A stretch of DNA of 64,000 bases from Eledone cirrhosa (GCA_964016885.1 OZ024743.1:314588001-314652000); one strand, 5' to 3'. Shown: positions 1-13,260, counted from the stretch's first letter. Notes: generated by a model not told the origin, from the letters alone. Made by a program: numbers and translations.

Positions 1-110
1 TTGTGCAATCATAAATATCTACATTGAATAGATATTATCAAACATTTAGAGTATACTAACTTATAAACGATATAGAATTTATTTTAAAATAAAGCTATTA
101 CAAAGAAATA

Positions 111-400
111 CATTTTGAGGAATGATAACAGATATATGATGGAGATACTAGAAATATGAAACATACGATCATTTGTAAACAACCATTGAAGATATCAATC
201 ATACCGGATTCCTTTGTTCTTTTCATTGAAATGCCATCTAACTATCATATGATGGAGAAGAAAATATTCCTAATGAAAGCAGATATATTTGACATTGATA
301 AACACAAGAATAAATGTGATGAATTGGCAGAACATTGGAGAGAATGTTTTGCAGTAAAGGTTCCAATACCTGACAGTCGCTAAGTTCAAATGCCGCTGAA
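111..400 (+). pseudogene. Possible decayed coding remnant (DDE transposase C-terminus or CUB-like exon)
   Basis: The frame of ORF 156-383 reads HFEE**QIYDG...ELAEHWRECFAVKVPIPDSR*VQ. It is non-repetitive and codon-like but has in-frame stops, and the motif resemblance is weak. Confidence 0.2.
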
Positions 401-534
401 GCTAGATTTGGTGCCCACGATTCTATCTATATTTACGGAACCATACAAACTTACATAAATACACTAGAAAATACCATCTAATACTTAGTCTTCTTACCAC
501 CAAGAAACACAAATTAGAGCGTCGTGTTATAGAA

Positions 535-1009
535 CAGCGGTTCCCAACCTTTTATAATAAATTCCACCTTGAAGATATAGCAAAACAGTAAGGCCCCACA
601 AAAAATTAAAATTTTTGATATAATTTTTTTATGTAGAAATAATTTCGGAATGTCTTTTTATTTCAATCAAATCATTTTAAATTTATTATAAACTTTACTA
701 AAATTTACTAAAATAAATAATATATATCCTGTTATAAAAATAAGTTTCTTTACTAAGTTTATTTACTAAAACATAAATTGTTATATCCAGATTTAAATAA
801 TTATCAAGTGAAATCATAATTAGAAAAGGTAGAAAGTTGATAAAAAGTTCAATATAAAAATTTGAAGCAAGAATAAGAAAGAATTTTTAGGAAAATACTT
901 TTCTTTTTTATGTATGAAATTTAGTGAGTTTTAGTTAATTCCCGTGGCTACCCCAATAACTAGCTATGGCCCACTGGTGGGCCATGGCCCCCTGGTTGGG
1001 AACCAATTG
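535..1009. mobile_element. hAT (Charlie-type) MITE
   Basis: TIRs CAGCGGTTCCCAACC (535-549) and GGTTGGGAACCAATTG (994-1009). TATAGAA is duplicated on both flanks, the subterminal region is GC-rich and palindromic, and the interior is AT-rich and non-coding. Confidence 0.8.
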
Positions 1010-1265
1010 TATAGAAGCTAAAGTCGTAGTCACTCTACACAAAATAGAATACCAAGTGGACCGTCCCGTTGTGCTAACTAATCCCTCACATGCACATTTC
1101 CTTTAAGGACCGAATTCTAATTTATGCACAAGAATTATTTACCACTAAGATTTCTATATGAAAAGAAGTGCCAAAATGTTAAAGCACTGGAATTGTAGCG
1201 CAGGCATAGTCAATGGTGAGAGGTTACTGAAAGTAAAGCCACCTGCATATTCATTCATCCATTCT

Positions 1266-1935
<670 letters not shown>

Positions 1936-2039
1936 ATATATGTAATATAAATATAATGTAGCATAAGGTGGCAGAAATATCCAATGGTAAGATCTGTCAG
2001 TCCATAGGACGAGTTAATTATGATTAGTTACAAAGGTGA

Positions 2040-2100
2040 GATATACAGGTACTTACGTTTCGTTGGGTAATACACCCCAACTCATTCAGCCTGTTATATC
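2040..2100 (-). ncRNA. Minimal type I hammerhead ribozyme (1-nt core insertion)
   Basis: Minus strand reads GAUAUAACAGG CUGAAUGA GUUGGG-guguauua-CCCAAC GAAA C-guaa-G UA CCUGUAUAUC. Stem I is about 10 bp, stem II 6 bp, and the cleavage triplet is GUA. Confidence 0.8.
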
Positions 2101-2375
2101 AAATAAAAATGGCTAGTTCCACAGGTTTACTTGAGATCTTAAGAAAAATATATGAGATTTCCTTAAGGGCAGATCAATTCGTATTTAGTTACACAAAAAA
2201 GACAAATCTTGTAATGTATAGGGAGGTAACTTGCACAAAGTTAGTAATGCTAAATAATTAGATTCTTTGAAATTAAAATCAGTTAGCCTGGCCTATACCA
2301 TTTTCTCAGAATGAATTTCGCGACTAAAGCGCGCACTACCCCAACCCCCCAACCCCCACACACACGCACCCACAA

Positions 2376-2406
<31 letters not shown>

Positions 2407-2407
<1 letters not shown>

Positions 2408-2611
2408 TTCATTTTTGAATTTGTTCAGCAAGATTATTTATCAATAAGAACTTTGACAATATATGAACAACCGTCCGGTTGTGGAACCAACCAACCAACC
2501 GGAAATTCATAATTTTTATTTTTTATTTATAATTTAATTTATAATAAATTGGAGTGAAAGCATGGTGCGTGTGTTTCTTATTGGCAACATGACCCTCCCA
2601 AAGTATAACAA
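2407..2611 (+). mobile_element. Longest copy of a micro-element ending GCAACATGACCCTCCCAAAGTATAACAA, inserted in (TA)n
   Basis: Shares both ends with copies at 31159-31220 and 34617-34661; the 3' end also occurs at 26183 and 30604. Confidence 0.6.
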
Positions 2612-2612
2612 T

Positions 2613-2710
<98 letters not shown>

Positions 2711-2725
2711 ATATAAATATATATG

Positions 2726-2814
<89 letters not shown>

Positions 2815-3051
2815 AGGAGGGAAGTTTTATTGTAGTACAATAAAGCAATGCAGATATCGGATAAGAAACACTCTACAGTTTGTAGGACTGGAGTATATAT
2901 AATATATAAGAACAAAAGATGGTTAAAAGAGTTCCATGCATTTTATTATGCGCATTTCATGTTGATTTATAACTGCACTATCCACAAGTGTTTTTTAACC
3001 TTCATATCATGTATTCCTGTTTTATCTGATGAAAACACAAATATTATTGCA
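2815..3051. mobile_element. PLE pseudo-LTR family A, inverted and rearranged fragment carrying two half-hammerheads
   Basis: 2815-2958 is the reverse complement of the family A 3' part (GAAATGCGCATA). 2959-3051 is the forward 5' part (TTTTATCTGATGAAAACAC). Homologous to 41983-42234. Confidence 0.75.
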
Positions 3052-3059
3052 AGTCTTCC

Positions 3060-4410
3060 CATTTTATCTTTGCGCTGACAATACAACAGAACAATTACGA
3101 GTAAATAAGGAAAATATGTTTATTTAAAAATATAGACCAGCATTAAATATAGCTTAATATACATTATGTCAACACGATAAGACGCTAACCATCCAAACAC
3201 ACACATACATACACACACAGACATAACACCTATTTTCGAAAATAAAAACCAGAGCGAAATAAACCTTAACATACGTTCATACTCTAACACCTTAACATGC
3301 TAATCACACACCCCACACATACATAACTCCCTCCCCCATTTCTACTAACGGAATCATTTTCCTACACACACATACACACACACACACAATATATATATAT
3401 ATTTACTCCATCTTAACATGCTAACCATACTCCCACACACAAACCTATACCCCTCCCCCCACACACACACAACTCCCTCCGCCATTTCTACTAATAGAAT
3501 TATCTTCCTACACACACACGCGTGCGCGCGCGCGCACACGCACACACAAATAAACATACATAACCCTACTTTCTTTATTTCAATAGAATGTCTGAATTTT
3601 GATACCCCAGCACATCAACCATATTCACTGAACCAGAACAGTTCTCCCCACCCCATTTTTCTTGACCATTATCTTTTGTTTGGCACAAAATTCTCTAAAT
3701 GGTTACAAAATTAATTGCCAAATACAGGTGCGATATTTAATGTACTTGTTCATGTGACAGCCATAATTTCATTTATAACCAATCAAATTACATTTCAGCA
3801 CTGAACCAGAACAACTCTCTCCATCCATTTTTCTTGACCATTATCTTTTGTTTGGCACAAAATTCTCTAAATGGCTACAAACAAATTCTAAAATACGGGC
3901 GCGAAATTTAATGTACGTGTTCACGTGACAGTCGAAATTTCATTTATAACCAATCAAATTACATTTATAAAAAACCCTTGGTGGGCCACTTTTTAAGTAA
4001 AAAAAAATTCAAACACAAACTGGGCGAAAGCCGGTGTGCTTATTCACGTGACTGCATCAACCAACCAAACTTCACCCATATATTAAAAAACAATCTGAGC
4101 CCCCCTTTTTTTAAAGGCAAATATAATAAGAACATTGTAACGCGAACTGGGGTGAAATTTATTATACTTATTCACATGACAGTCATCAACCAATTAAATT
4201 ACTTCTCTAAAAACCTAGCATTTCGAGCCACTTTTTCCATATAAAACAGGTGTAACATTCGAACACCAACCAGATGTGAGAAAAACCAGAAACCCTCAAT
4301 CTCAATTCTACTTTTGAAAAGCAGAAGAACTGCGAAACCGGTAATGGAACCAAATAAATATACATTTTTTATAAAAAAAGACTATGTGCATTTTCGATTT
4401 CATCTATTTT

Positions 4411-4415
<5 letters not shown>
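3060..4415 (+). mobile_element. PLE 3' UTR/pseudo-LTR (family B1) with an internal ~172-bp tandem duplication
   Basis: 3626-3795 is repeated at 3798-3966. The 3' end matches 31868-32025 and is related to the 3' UTR of the GIY-YIG PLE at 46220-47713. Confidence 0.65.
4306..4349 (+). ncRNA. Hammerhead-like motif, U3-A8 core variant
   Basis: TTGAAAA GCAG-aagaa-CTGC GAAA CCGG TA, with palindromic stem III ACCGGT. Stem I is degenerate in this copy. Confidence 0.55.
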
Positions 4416-4464
<49 letters not shown>

Positions 4465-4478
4465 GTGTGTGTGTGTGT

Positions 4479-4520
<42 letters not shown>

Positions 4521-4824
4521 ATGCACGTGTACAACACTGTTACGCTGTTTCGAGTTGATGAGTTCAATAGAAAGCCGTTAGATTTATCAAGTAGCTAACA
4601 TAGTATCAATGACATGTCGTGTAGTAGTACTACTACTACTATCATTATTATTATTATTATTAGTAGTAGTAGTAGTAGTAGTAGTAGTCGTAGTAGTAGT
4701 AATAGTAGTAGTAGTAGTAGTAGTAGTAGTAGATAATATATCATTCTGTCGTTTTTCACCAATCTAATATTTTTTAAAACTCAGATAAATACAAACATAT
4801 ACACACACACGTAATCACACATAC

Positions 4825-4855
<31 letters not shown>

Positions 4856-5514
4856 GATATAACCCAAGCACCTTGACCCTATACACACATACAAACACAC
4901 CACACAGAATAATTCATTACACCGAAACTGTCACACGCACATAGTCGCACCGACACATCCGCACACGTTCAGTAAAAATTATAAAACATAAACACACTCC
5001 TATCATTCATTACATACACATTCTCCCTTACACATAGAGCCGCCCACAAAAATATAAATGTTTAGTCATACATATATATAAACACATCACAGATACTCAT
5101 TACATATACAACCATTTAGATCAGAGACAAATATTTACACATAAAAAACCTATAACATACCCCTACTCATATACGTAACCTCTTATCATATCCACAGTCA
5201 CAAACACACCGACCTACACAGCTTACATTCACTTCAACAGCATGTTTGATTTTTTCTTCAGTTATACTTTAATGATGTGTTCTAAAAAAACATGGTAGAA
5301 CACGTGTACGGCTAGATCTACACCTCACTCACCTTTCTCTCTATCAAGTATTTGTGAATAGATTCCTTCGCTGTTATGATTATGAAACTATTTGATATAT
5401 CAATATTAATGTCTGCTCAATCTTCAACAATTAACTTTTGTCGGATACACACACACACACACACACATATAACTATACACACACACAAACACACACATAC
5501 ACACACATACACAC

Positions 5515-5547
<33 letters not shown>

Positions 5548-5550
5548 AAC

Positions 5551-5598
<48 letters not shown>

Positions 5599-5673
5599 GT
5601 ATATATATAAATATATATATATACACATATATATATATACATATATATATTCATATATATATATATATGTATA

Positions 5674-5710
<37 letters not shown>

Positions 5711-5750
5711 GTATATATATATATGTGTGTGTATAGATATATATACATGT

Positions 5751-5835
<85 letters not shown>
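4415..5835. repeat. (TA)n, (TG)n, (TAG)n and CA-rich low-complexity region
   Basis: Directly visible. Confidence 0.9.
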
Positions 5836-5839
<4 letters not shown>

Positions 5840-6340
5840 TAAACGGAATAGAAAATGCTGACAAATTGTTCACAGTGAAAAATAGTTTAATTAGGAATAA
5901 GTGAGAATTAGTAATTGTATTGTTTAGTATTCAGTTTTGGTTTTAAGTTTTACCGGTTGCGCATTTCTAATGCTTTTTTAAAATAATTTTGAAATAGAGC
6001 GTCCGTGATGTTTGCTCTCATCTGATTAGTTTTTGGGAATTCTACCTGTTTTTATATTAAAATGTGGCTCCAGCGGTATTAAAATAGGTTTTGCGCCAAT
6101 TCGTGTTGCAAAAATTCTTGTGGTCAAAACAATTTTGATTGGTCGGTAGAGGTCATGTGAATGTAAAAATTTGATTTTGCGCCAAATGTAGGTTTGTGTC
6201 GGCTGACTGAGAAATGACTCTTTCACAACAAATATGTGTGTGTGTGTGTAGTAGTAGTAAAGTGTTCGTTGTTGTGATAATGGTTAGCTGGGATGTGTGT
6301 GCGAACCGCAGCCTGTTGACAGTTCAAATGCCTATCAAGA

Positions 6341-6377
<37 letters not shown>

Positions 6378-7699
6378 CAGAGAAATTCGTGGTAGGGGGA
6401 TGGTCAGTAGGAATGTGTCTGTAAGTGAGTGGGGGATATTTTAACATGTTAAAAGATATTTTTCAGCTCTTGTCTTATACGGAGAAGTGTGTGTGTGTGT
6501 GTGTGTGTATATGTCTCTTTGTATGTTAATGTACGCGTATGTATGTGTGTGTGAGTATGTGTGTGTGGGGGGGTGGGGGTGGGGTGGACCAGTATTGTTT
6601 TCCCTGGTAAAATAGTGTACATTATTCGATATTTTCAGTAAAATCGATTCTCCCAATAGAACATCAAAAACCTTAATAATAAAAGGTGTGAAATGATATT
6701 CACTATATATATATATATATATATATATTTGTGTTGCACCATAGAACATGTGTGTTTACGTATGTCATTGTGTTTATATGTGGGTAGAGATGTGTGCTGA
6801 TGTAGGTATGGATATTGAAGTGTGTATGTTGTGGGTTCGTCTTAGGGAGAAGTGTTTAGACGGGGTCCGTATTTGTTAATTAAGTAAGATTCCTTGCTGA
6901 TGCGCTGTGTGTGTGTGGCATTATCTTTGAATGTGTAGAGGGGAAAGATTCTGAAGTTGGGATGATTTTGGGCGGCACAGGTATCAATGTGTTCACTCAG
7001 TGGTATTTTCCTGTATTCCTGTATTTTAATTTGGGATCTATGGACAGTCATGCGTTGGCGGAGGCTGATTTTGGTCTGGCCTATGTATTGTTCTCGACTA
7101 CCTGAGCAAGTTAATACATATATTAGATTTTCCGATGAACATGTGAAATTGTGTTTTACTATAAAATGTTGTCCTTCTTTGAAATATAATTCCGAACCCT
7201 CTATTAGGTTGATGCAGATGCCACAGTTGGGTCATTATTTCTTTATTGTGGGTTTCGTTGTTGTGGTTAGCAGTACTTTGGATTGTGTTAGGATGTTTTT
7301 CATTGACTTAGATTGTCATTTGCTCTTTATGATATCGTGTGTTCGTAGGATTTGGTTCATTCTATGGTCCTTTTTGAACACAGGAATGTTGTGCAGGATG
7401 GTGTCAAAGGTCTCATTGTTGAGGGGGTTGTGTGTGGAGTTGTATGGTAGAGCTTTTAGTTTCGGTTGATTTACTTTAGGGTGTCTAAGCTCCTGGGTAC
7501 TGAGTTTTAGGGCACGTTGGATTCCGTTGTCAATTAGTGATGCAGGGTAATCCCTGCCTATGAGTGTGTCCTTTAGTTCTTGTAGCCGTAAGTAGCAGGT
7601 GTTTTTATTGGAGACTATAGTACAGATTCTCTTGGCTAAGTTGTAGGGAATATTAATTTTAACGTGTCTAGGGTGGCAAAAGTTGAAAGGAAGATATTG
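5836..7699 (-). mobile_element. 5'-truncated Penelope-like retrotransposon (family B2)
   Basis: Coding remnant at 6842-7699 plus a ~1-kb 3' UTR/pseudo-LTR, flanked by (TA)n. A second copy is at 46220-47713 and a terminal fragment at 32482-32670. Confidence 0.9.
6842..7699 (-). pseudogene. PLE RT thumb, linker and GIY-YIG endonuclease, with in-frame stops
   Basis: [30 protein letters not shown]...PNCGIC...NLIYVLTCSGSREQYIGQTKISLRQRMTVHR...ESYLINKYGPRLN. Stops at 7316 and 7232-7237. Confidence 0.9.
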
Positions 7700-7743
7700 T
7701 ATATATATATATATATATATATATTACATTCTGTATATATATA

Positions 7744-7831
<88 letters not shown>

Positions 7832-7931
7832 TTACACTCTGTATAGCTCTACACATCAAAACAGAAGTGAACCTAAACATCGAGTGCTCACCCGGGTGAA
7901 CATGCAGTAACTTCAAGTTACACTCCCTAGA

Positions 7932-7990
<59 letters not shown>

Positions 7991-8283
7991 GTACATATAT
8001 ATATATATATATACATACATATATATATATATATATACATTTATATATATACACATATATATGAAGATTAGAGTTAAAACTCAATTGGAGCCCTGTAACT
8101 ATTAAGCTCCAAGTATAAAAATACTGCGCCGATTAATAATATATAGTAAGAAACACAGTAAACCGTGTGTCTAAAATTACAAGGGTTGAAAAACCACATT
8201 TGTTTGAAATATTTAACCAAGAAGCAGACAGAATGATAAAATAAAAATATATTTTTATACAAACCGCCTCAATAACCATTATA

Positions 8284-8363
8284 TCTCTCGGACAGATTAT
8301 CCCTAATCTGTTTCGCCCTGAGTGTGTTTGTAACAGATAATCCTGGGCTTCATCAGCGAGAGA
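8284..8363 (-). ncRNA. Type I hammerhead ribozyme, copy 1
   Basis: UCUCUCG CUGAUGA a GCCC-26nt-GGGC GAA ACAGAUUA-ggga-UAAUCUGU C CGAGAGA. Stem I is 7 bp, stem III is 8 bp with a GNRA loop, and the GUC cut is predicted at 8291/8290. Confidence 0.9.
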
Positions 8364-8750
8364 ATCTGATTAAATGCAACAAACACTATTTGCCAACGTT
8401 CACACAGAAAGATGAATTTGTCACCTCGTGCTCCGCTAGCCAAACGTGGTAAGCGTGTATTGAACAGAAACAACAGTCCAACACACGCAACTTAATAAGC
8501 TCAACTTGTGAGGGAGCAGAAATATATATGAAGATTAGAGTTAAAACTCAATTGGAGCCCTGTAACTATTAAGCTCCAAGTATAAAAATACTGCGCCGAT
8601 TAATAATATATAGTAAGAAACACAGTAAACCGTGTGTCTAAAATTACAAGGGTTGAAAAACCACATTTGTTTGACATATTTAACCAAGAAGCAGACAGAA
8701 TGATAAAATAAAAATATATTTTTATACAAACCGCCTCAATAACCATTATA

Positions 8751-8830
8751 TCTCTCGGACAGATTATCCCTAATCTGTTTCGCCCTGAGTGTGTTTGTAA
8801 CAGATAATCCTGGGCTTCATCAGCGAGAGA
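8751..8830 (-). ncRNA. Type I hammerhead ribozyme, copy 2
   Basis: Identical to 8284-8363 at an offset of 467. Cut predicted at 8758/8757. Confidence 0.9.
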
Positions 8831-9889
8831 ATCTGATTAAATGCAACAAACACTATTTGCCAACGTTCACACAGAAAGATGAATTTGTCACCTCGTGCTC
8901 CGCTAGCCAAACGTGGTAAGCGTGTATTAAACAGAAACAACAGTCCAACACACGCAACTTAATAAGCTCAACTTGTGAGGGAGCAGAAATATATATGAAG
9001 ATTAGAGTTACAACTCAATTGGAACCCTGTAACTATTAAGCTCCAAGTATAAAAATACTTAGCTGATTAATAATATATAGTAAGAACACGGTTTTCTGGA
9101 TGAGATCAAAAAAGTATTCTTCATTTCGACACTGAATTCTTAAATTCTTATTTGAGCAGATAATAAGTGTCTTAAAGCTTAGTATATTTCTCTAATTCAT
9201 ATACAGAAAGTAATATATTTCACTTAATAGGTCAATTCACAATTATAATAGGACAGAATACATCTCTCCGGAATATTTAATTTAATTTAAATCAATGCTT
9301 ACTAAAGTGGGTGCTACCACCTCCGACTCCATTCTGGGGGCACTGTGGGACTCAGGAGAAGCATTAGAAATAAAGCACTGATGTCAACGCTCAATGATAA
9401 GTAAGGACTTTTAAGCGAGGAATGAGAAACAGAATAAAAAATAGCAATATCTCGTAGAACTTTCAGCTTGAGTTATTATATAAATGTTTGAATAAAATGA
9501 AATATTCCAATATACTTTCAACGAAACATTTTGATGAAGGGGCGGGGGGTGAGGAAATAGCTTCTCTAAAGAGTCGCCAGTATTCTACCAAAGCTTGGAA
9601 AAACCTGGAATACGTAATAACAAAATCTGTTATGGAATGGAACAGCATCTACTCTCAATTCTAACCAATTGAGGTACAGGGTGCATAACACAGTACTACA
9701 TATGCCTGCGTATATGGCAGGGTGGCCATGGCTAGACCGACTTTGATCAAAGTGATTCCAACCTTGAACATTCAGTAAAAGTTTTCTTTCTAAAACTACC
9801 TTCAAAGGGCACTATTTTTTGTCCAACTGGGTGGCAGTAAAGCAATTAAGAGGAACTCCGCAGCCATAAAAGTTCTTCCCAGTCAATTC

Positions 9890-10010
9890 ATAATATTCAA
9901 TCCCGCGGGCACTAATATGAATATTTTAAAAAAGATAAATACATTGAAATTTTTTTGCGGACCACCAAAGCTTTCTCTCGGACTACCGCTAGTCTAAACA
10001 ACACTATTAT
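9890..10010. mobile_element. Degenerate hAT MITE fragment
   Basis: Repeated GCGGACCACC/CGGACTACC subterminal-type motifs; TIRs are eroded. Confidence 0.35.
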
Positions 10011-10659
10011 AGTCGAAATGACTTTTATTATAGATGTACATTAATTTTCTTGTTCTCAAATACTCTACCTTTATGTGATGATAGGCGGTACTGGTTAATA
10101 CCTCAAACTGCCCAAATTTCTTGCATCATTTTCTCTTTATTTGCTGACCATTTTCTACGGTTCCAACTTATTAACGAGTTCTATATATTTTATTGTAAAA
10201 CAAAATTTAAAAAAAGAAGAAATATACTAGCGGAGGAAAAAAGAGCCGCGATTGTTATCACACACACTCCACAGTAGCTCTGAAGTGTGTTTGTGTGGTG
10301 AAAAAAGAAATCAAATGTTAAGGTAACTAATGGCAACTGTCTTAGATTAAGTGCTTTGATACTTCGCACTTGTGTCAACAACGACATTTTACTTGTCGAT
10401 CCAATTAGTCTCCATTACGTTGTTATGTTATTAAGCTACTAATATTTCGGAGTTGTACTTGTCTGACAAATGATTACGTCCGAAACCGTGTGTTGAAACT
10501 GAACCAATTACAGCGTGGAAACGGCATTTTAGCCATCCAATATCAAACACAATCTGTTAAGTTTACTTCATATTTATCATATTTATTTTTTTATGATGAA
10601 ATTTTCCATAAGCACAAAGTGGAGTTAATAGATTTTATGTATAGTTGAATGACCTAAAT

Positions 10660-11200
10660 GACACTTCTATGCTGTAACCCCACAGGGCATGTCAGAGATG
10701 CACGGATATTGACAAAACCACCCCAACAAACATTCGTCCGAAGATTGCTGACTTGTGGGTATATACCGAACATCTACTGTCACGATATTATCAAAATGGT
10801 CCCCCTTATTCTGGTACTTTCTCAGTAGCACCAATGCCAGTAGGCTCACAAAACTGAGGATTGTCCCGTGATGCTGCCAGTTGTGGTAGACCTCTGCAAC
10901 GGCGTGGCCAAACAAGTGTGGCTTGTAAATGTAAACCAGGTAATTTGCCCGTCCTGAAGCTAGTTATTGTATCCCGTATTTCAGAGGCTATTGATTTTTT
11001 GCAAAGTTTTGATAGGTTGGCGAGAGCCACGGTAGGTGGTAGAATTACCCACTGAAGTCCATGCCGTCATCCAACCTCCTACTGCTGCCGTTCGAAGCTC
11101 TACCAATACTGCTAGTACACACTTTTCCAGAGAATAATTTCATACCGACTGTCATTGAAACGTATGCCTGTTGCTTGATATTATCGTCTCATTGTAACAT
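10660..11200 (-). pseudogene. Decayed LINE (RTE-like) ORF2 C-terminal fragment
   Basis: Frameshifted peptides ALANLSKLCKKSIASEIR and LLRKYQNKGDHFDN...LLGWFCQ resemble the post-RT region of RTE LINEs. Confidence 0.45.
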
Positions 11201-11449
11201 TAATTACAAATGTAGACACTAATAACATTGTAGAATAAGGAGCCAGACAGAAACTCAAATCTTTTTACTGTTTCCCATTTATACATTAGTATTTGGTTTC
11301 CAGCAGTAAAATGTAAAAACTATCATGTTCTTAAGAGCATGATAGTATATTGTAATTTTGTAATTTGACTCGTCTTCATAATAGAATTATATGATGATCT
11401 GGAGTTCCGTTGATTTCCGTTGATTTCCGTTGATTTCGACCATGTATAT

Positions 11450-11610
11450 TCCAGTTGATCTACTAACGGACTAATCTACTTGTGAAATTAACGTGTTGTT
11501 AACTGAAACTTCTACAGACACATGCATCCTTACGAGAATTCTGAAAGAGAATTAGTGTAACAGTCTTAGGCAGAGAAGGCCTTTTCAGTTACAGGACCCT
11601 TCATTCGATG
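11450..11610 (-). mobile_element. Degenerate copy of a second SINE-like repeat
   Basis: CCAGTTGATC...GTGAAATTAACGTG...TTACAGG resembles an abundant octopus repeat (recalled, not checked). Confidence 0.4.
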
Positions 11611-11639
11611 CATGTCAATATAGTTCGGTTTGCGAAATA

Positions 11640-12025
11640 ATTCTTTCTAACGTAGGCACATGATCTGCAATTTGGGGAAGGGGAAAGTAGATTATATCGA
11701 CTCCGGTACTTAACAGGAAATTTAACTCATCCACCCCTGAAGAAGGACAGGCAAATTAAACATCTGAAATCAGAGTGTAGTTAGCTGGCATATTAAATCA
11801 AACGTCCTAATGATTCACAAACTTGGAATAATATTAATATTAATAATTGTTTCTACTTTAGGCACAAGGCCAGCAATTACCCTGTGCATTACTGGTACTT
11901 TATTTTATCGACCCCGTAAGGATGAAAGGCAAAGTTAACCTCGGCGGGAATTGAACTCAGATCGTAAAGGGACGTAACTATGCTGGAAAGCATGGCGTCC
12001 GACCCTCTACCGATACTGCCAATCC
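11640..12025 (-). mobile_element. Two tRNA-derived SINEs (degenerate 11640-11820; well preserved 11842-12025)
   Basis: A-box-like TGGCAGTATCGG, B-box GAGTTCAA, central CTTTGCCTTTCATCCTTACGGGGTCGATAAA and a (ATT)n tail. Confidence 0.85.
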
Positions 12026-12982
12026 AATATTAATAATAGTTTTTTTATTGATCTCGAAGAGTTGACAAAAAAAGGAAAAGCTGCGGATGGCACAGGACAA
12101 TACAGTATGTATGTGTGTGTATGTGTGTGTGTGTGTTTTATCTTTTGTATAAACATCTAACAATAAAACAGAGAGAGGACAATGTAAATATGACGAAGTA
12201 AATTCCCCAAATGGGGTCTCCGAGAACTAATCGTGGATACGCCTCATACAAAGCCACGGTAATTCTGACAACCCCGATCAACTGGTACATACCCAGAGCA
12301 AGGTTCTTCACGCGTGCCGTGCACTGGAATCATGCTTGCCACTCCCATCCAACTTTTATTTACCACAAGACAAAAACAAAAACAAAAAAAAAACAGTCTA
12401 CCCATCCTGGCTAAAGAAAGGCGGACTCAGAAATACTACTACACGTGACACTAGATGTACGACATGACCAATATATCAGCAATGCTCGCACACTGGACGT
12501 AGATATTCAGGACGGCTTCCTCTTTGCTTGCATCTCGTAGATGCCTTATTGATGGCACTTCCAAGCATGTAGTTTATTTATAATGGCACTACTACTACTA
12601 TTACTTTAATACCAAGAAGAAGAAGAAGAAGAAAGATATTTAAACATATACACATGCTCAAAGAGAAATTTAATTGAAACTGAAATTTACAATAACTTGA
12701 TAAGTACCCGTCGTTTCATCTTGTAATAGAAGCCAGTGTAAATCTTTAGATCTCACTCAGATACCATATTCTATATCCAAAATGTTCCTTTTGTCATTCA
12801 TATCGTACAGAAGGAAAAAATACGTAGTTTTGAGCCGATTAAAGCAAGCGAAAATTAATAAGATGTTCTAGAAAATCGTTATTTGAAGAACAATTTTGAA
12901 ATCTTTCGAACGCGACTAAAACAAATGTTTCGAGCGTGGATATCGATTTACAAATTGTCTCTCCCCCTCCCCCCTTTCTCTC

Positions 12983-13061
<79 letters not shown>

Positions 13062-13209
13062 ATATATAGAGAGAGAGAAAGAGAAAAAGAGAGAGAGGGT
13101 GGTAGATAGATTGTTACATTTATTTGTATATATATACGTTGAATCGGAGGTAACCACAGTAAGTAAGGTACTCAATACATTGCAGAGTATAAAAGTTTTA
13201 ATATAAATG

Positions 13210-13260
13210 AGATTCTACAGGACTAGAACTGTTTCATTCTTTAGAAATCATCAGGAATCT
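13210..13260 (-). ncRNA. Type I hammerhead ribozyme
   Basis: Reverse complement of 13731-13781. Confidence 0.8.

Larger units (their letters stand above)
8055..9090 (-). mobile_element. Retrozyme-like head-to-tail array: 467-bp non-coding unit, about 2.2 copies, each full unit carrying a hammerhead
   Basis: Units start at 8055, 8522 and 8989. I see only two substitutions between the two full units. Confidence 0.85.

Noticed and set aside
7721-7930. 17-bp direct repeat around a TA block and small palindromes (TCACCCGGGTGA, GTAACTTCAAGTTAC)
   Set aside because: Too short to assign and no second copy in the window; probably a repeat fragment.
8074-8729. Duplicated 62-aa ORFs (MYKNIFLFYH...)
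   Set aside because: TTG start, no recognisable motif, and duplicated only because the 467-bp unit is duplicated.
11842-12025. tRNA-like A and B boxes as tRNA genes
   Set aside because: No cloverleaf; these are heads of a high-copy SINE.
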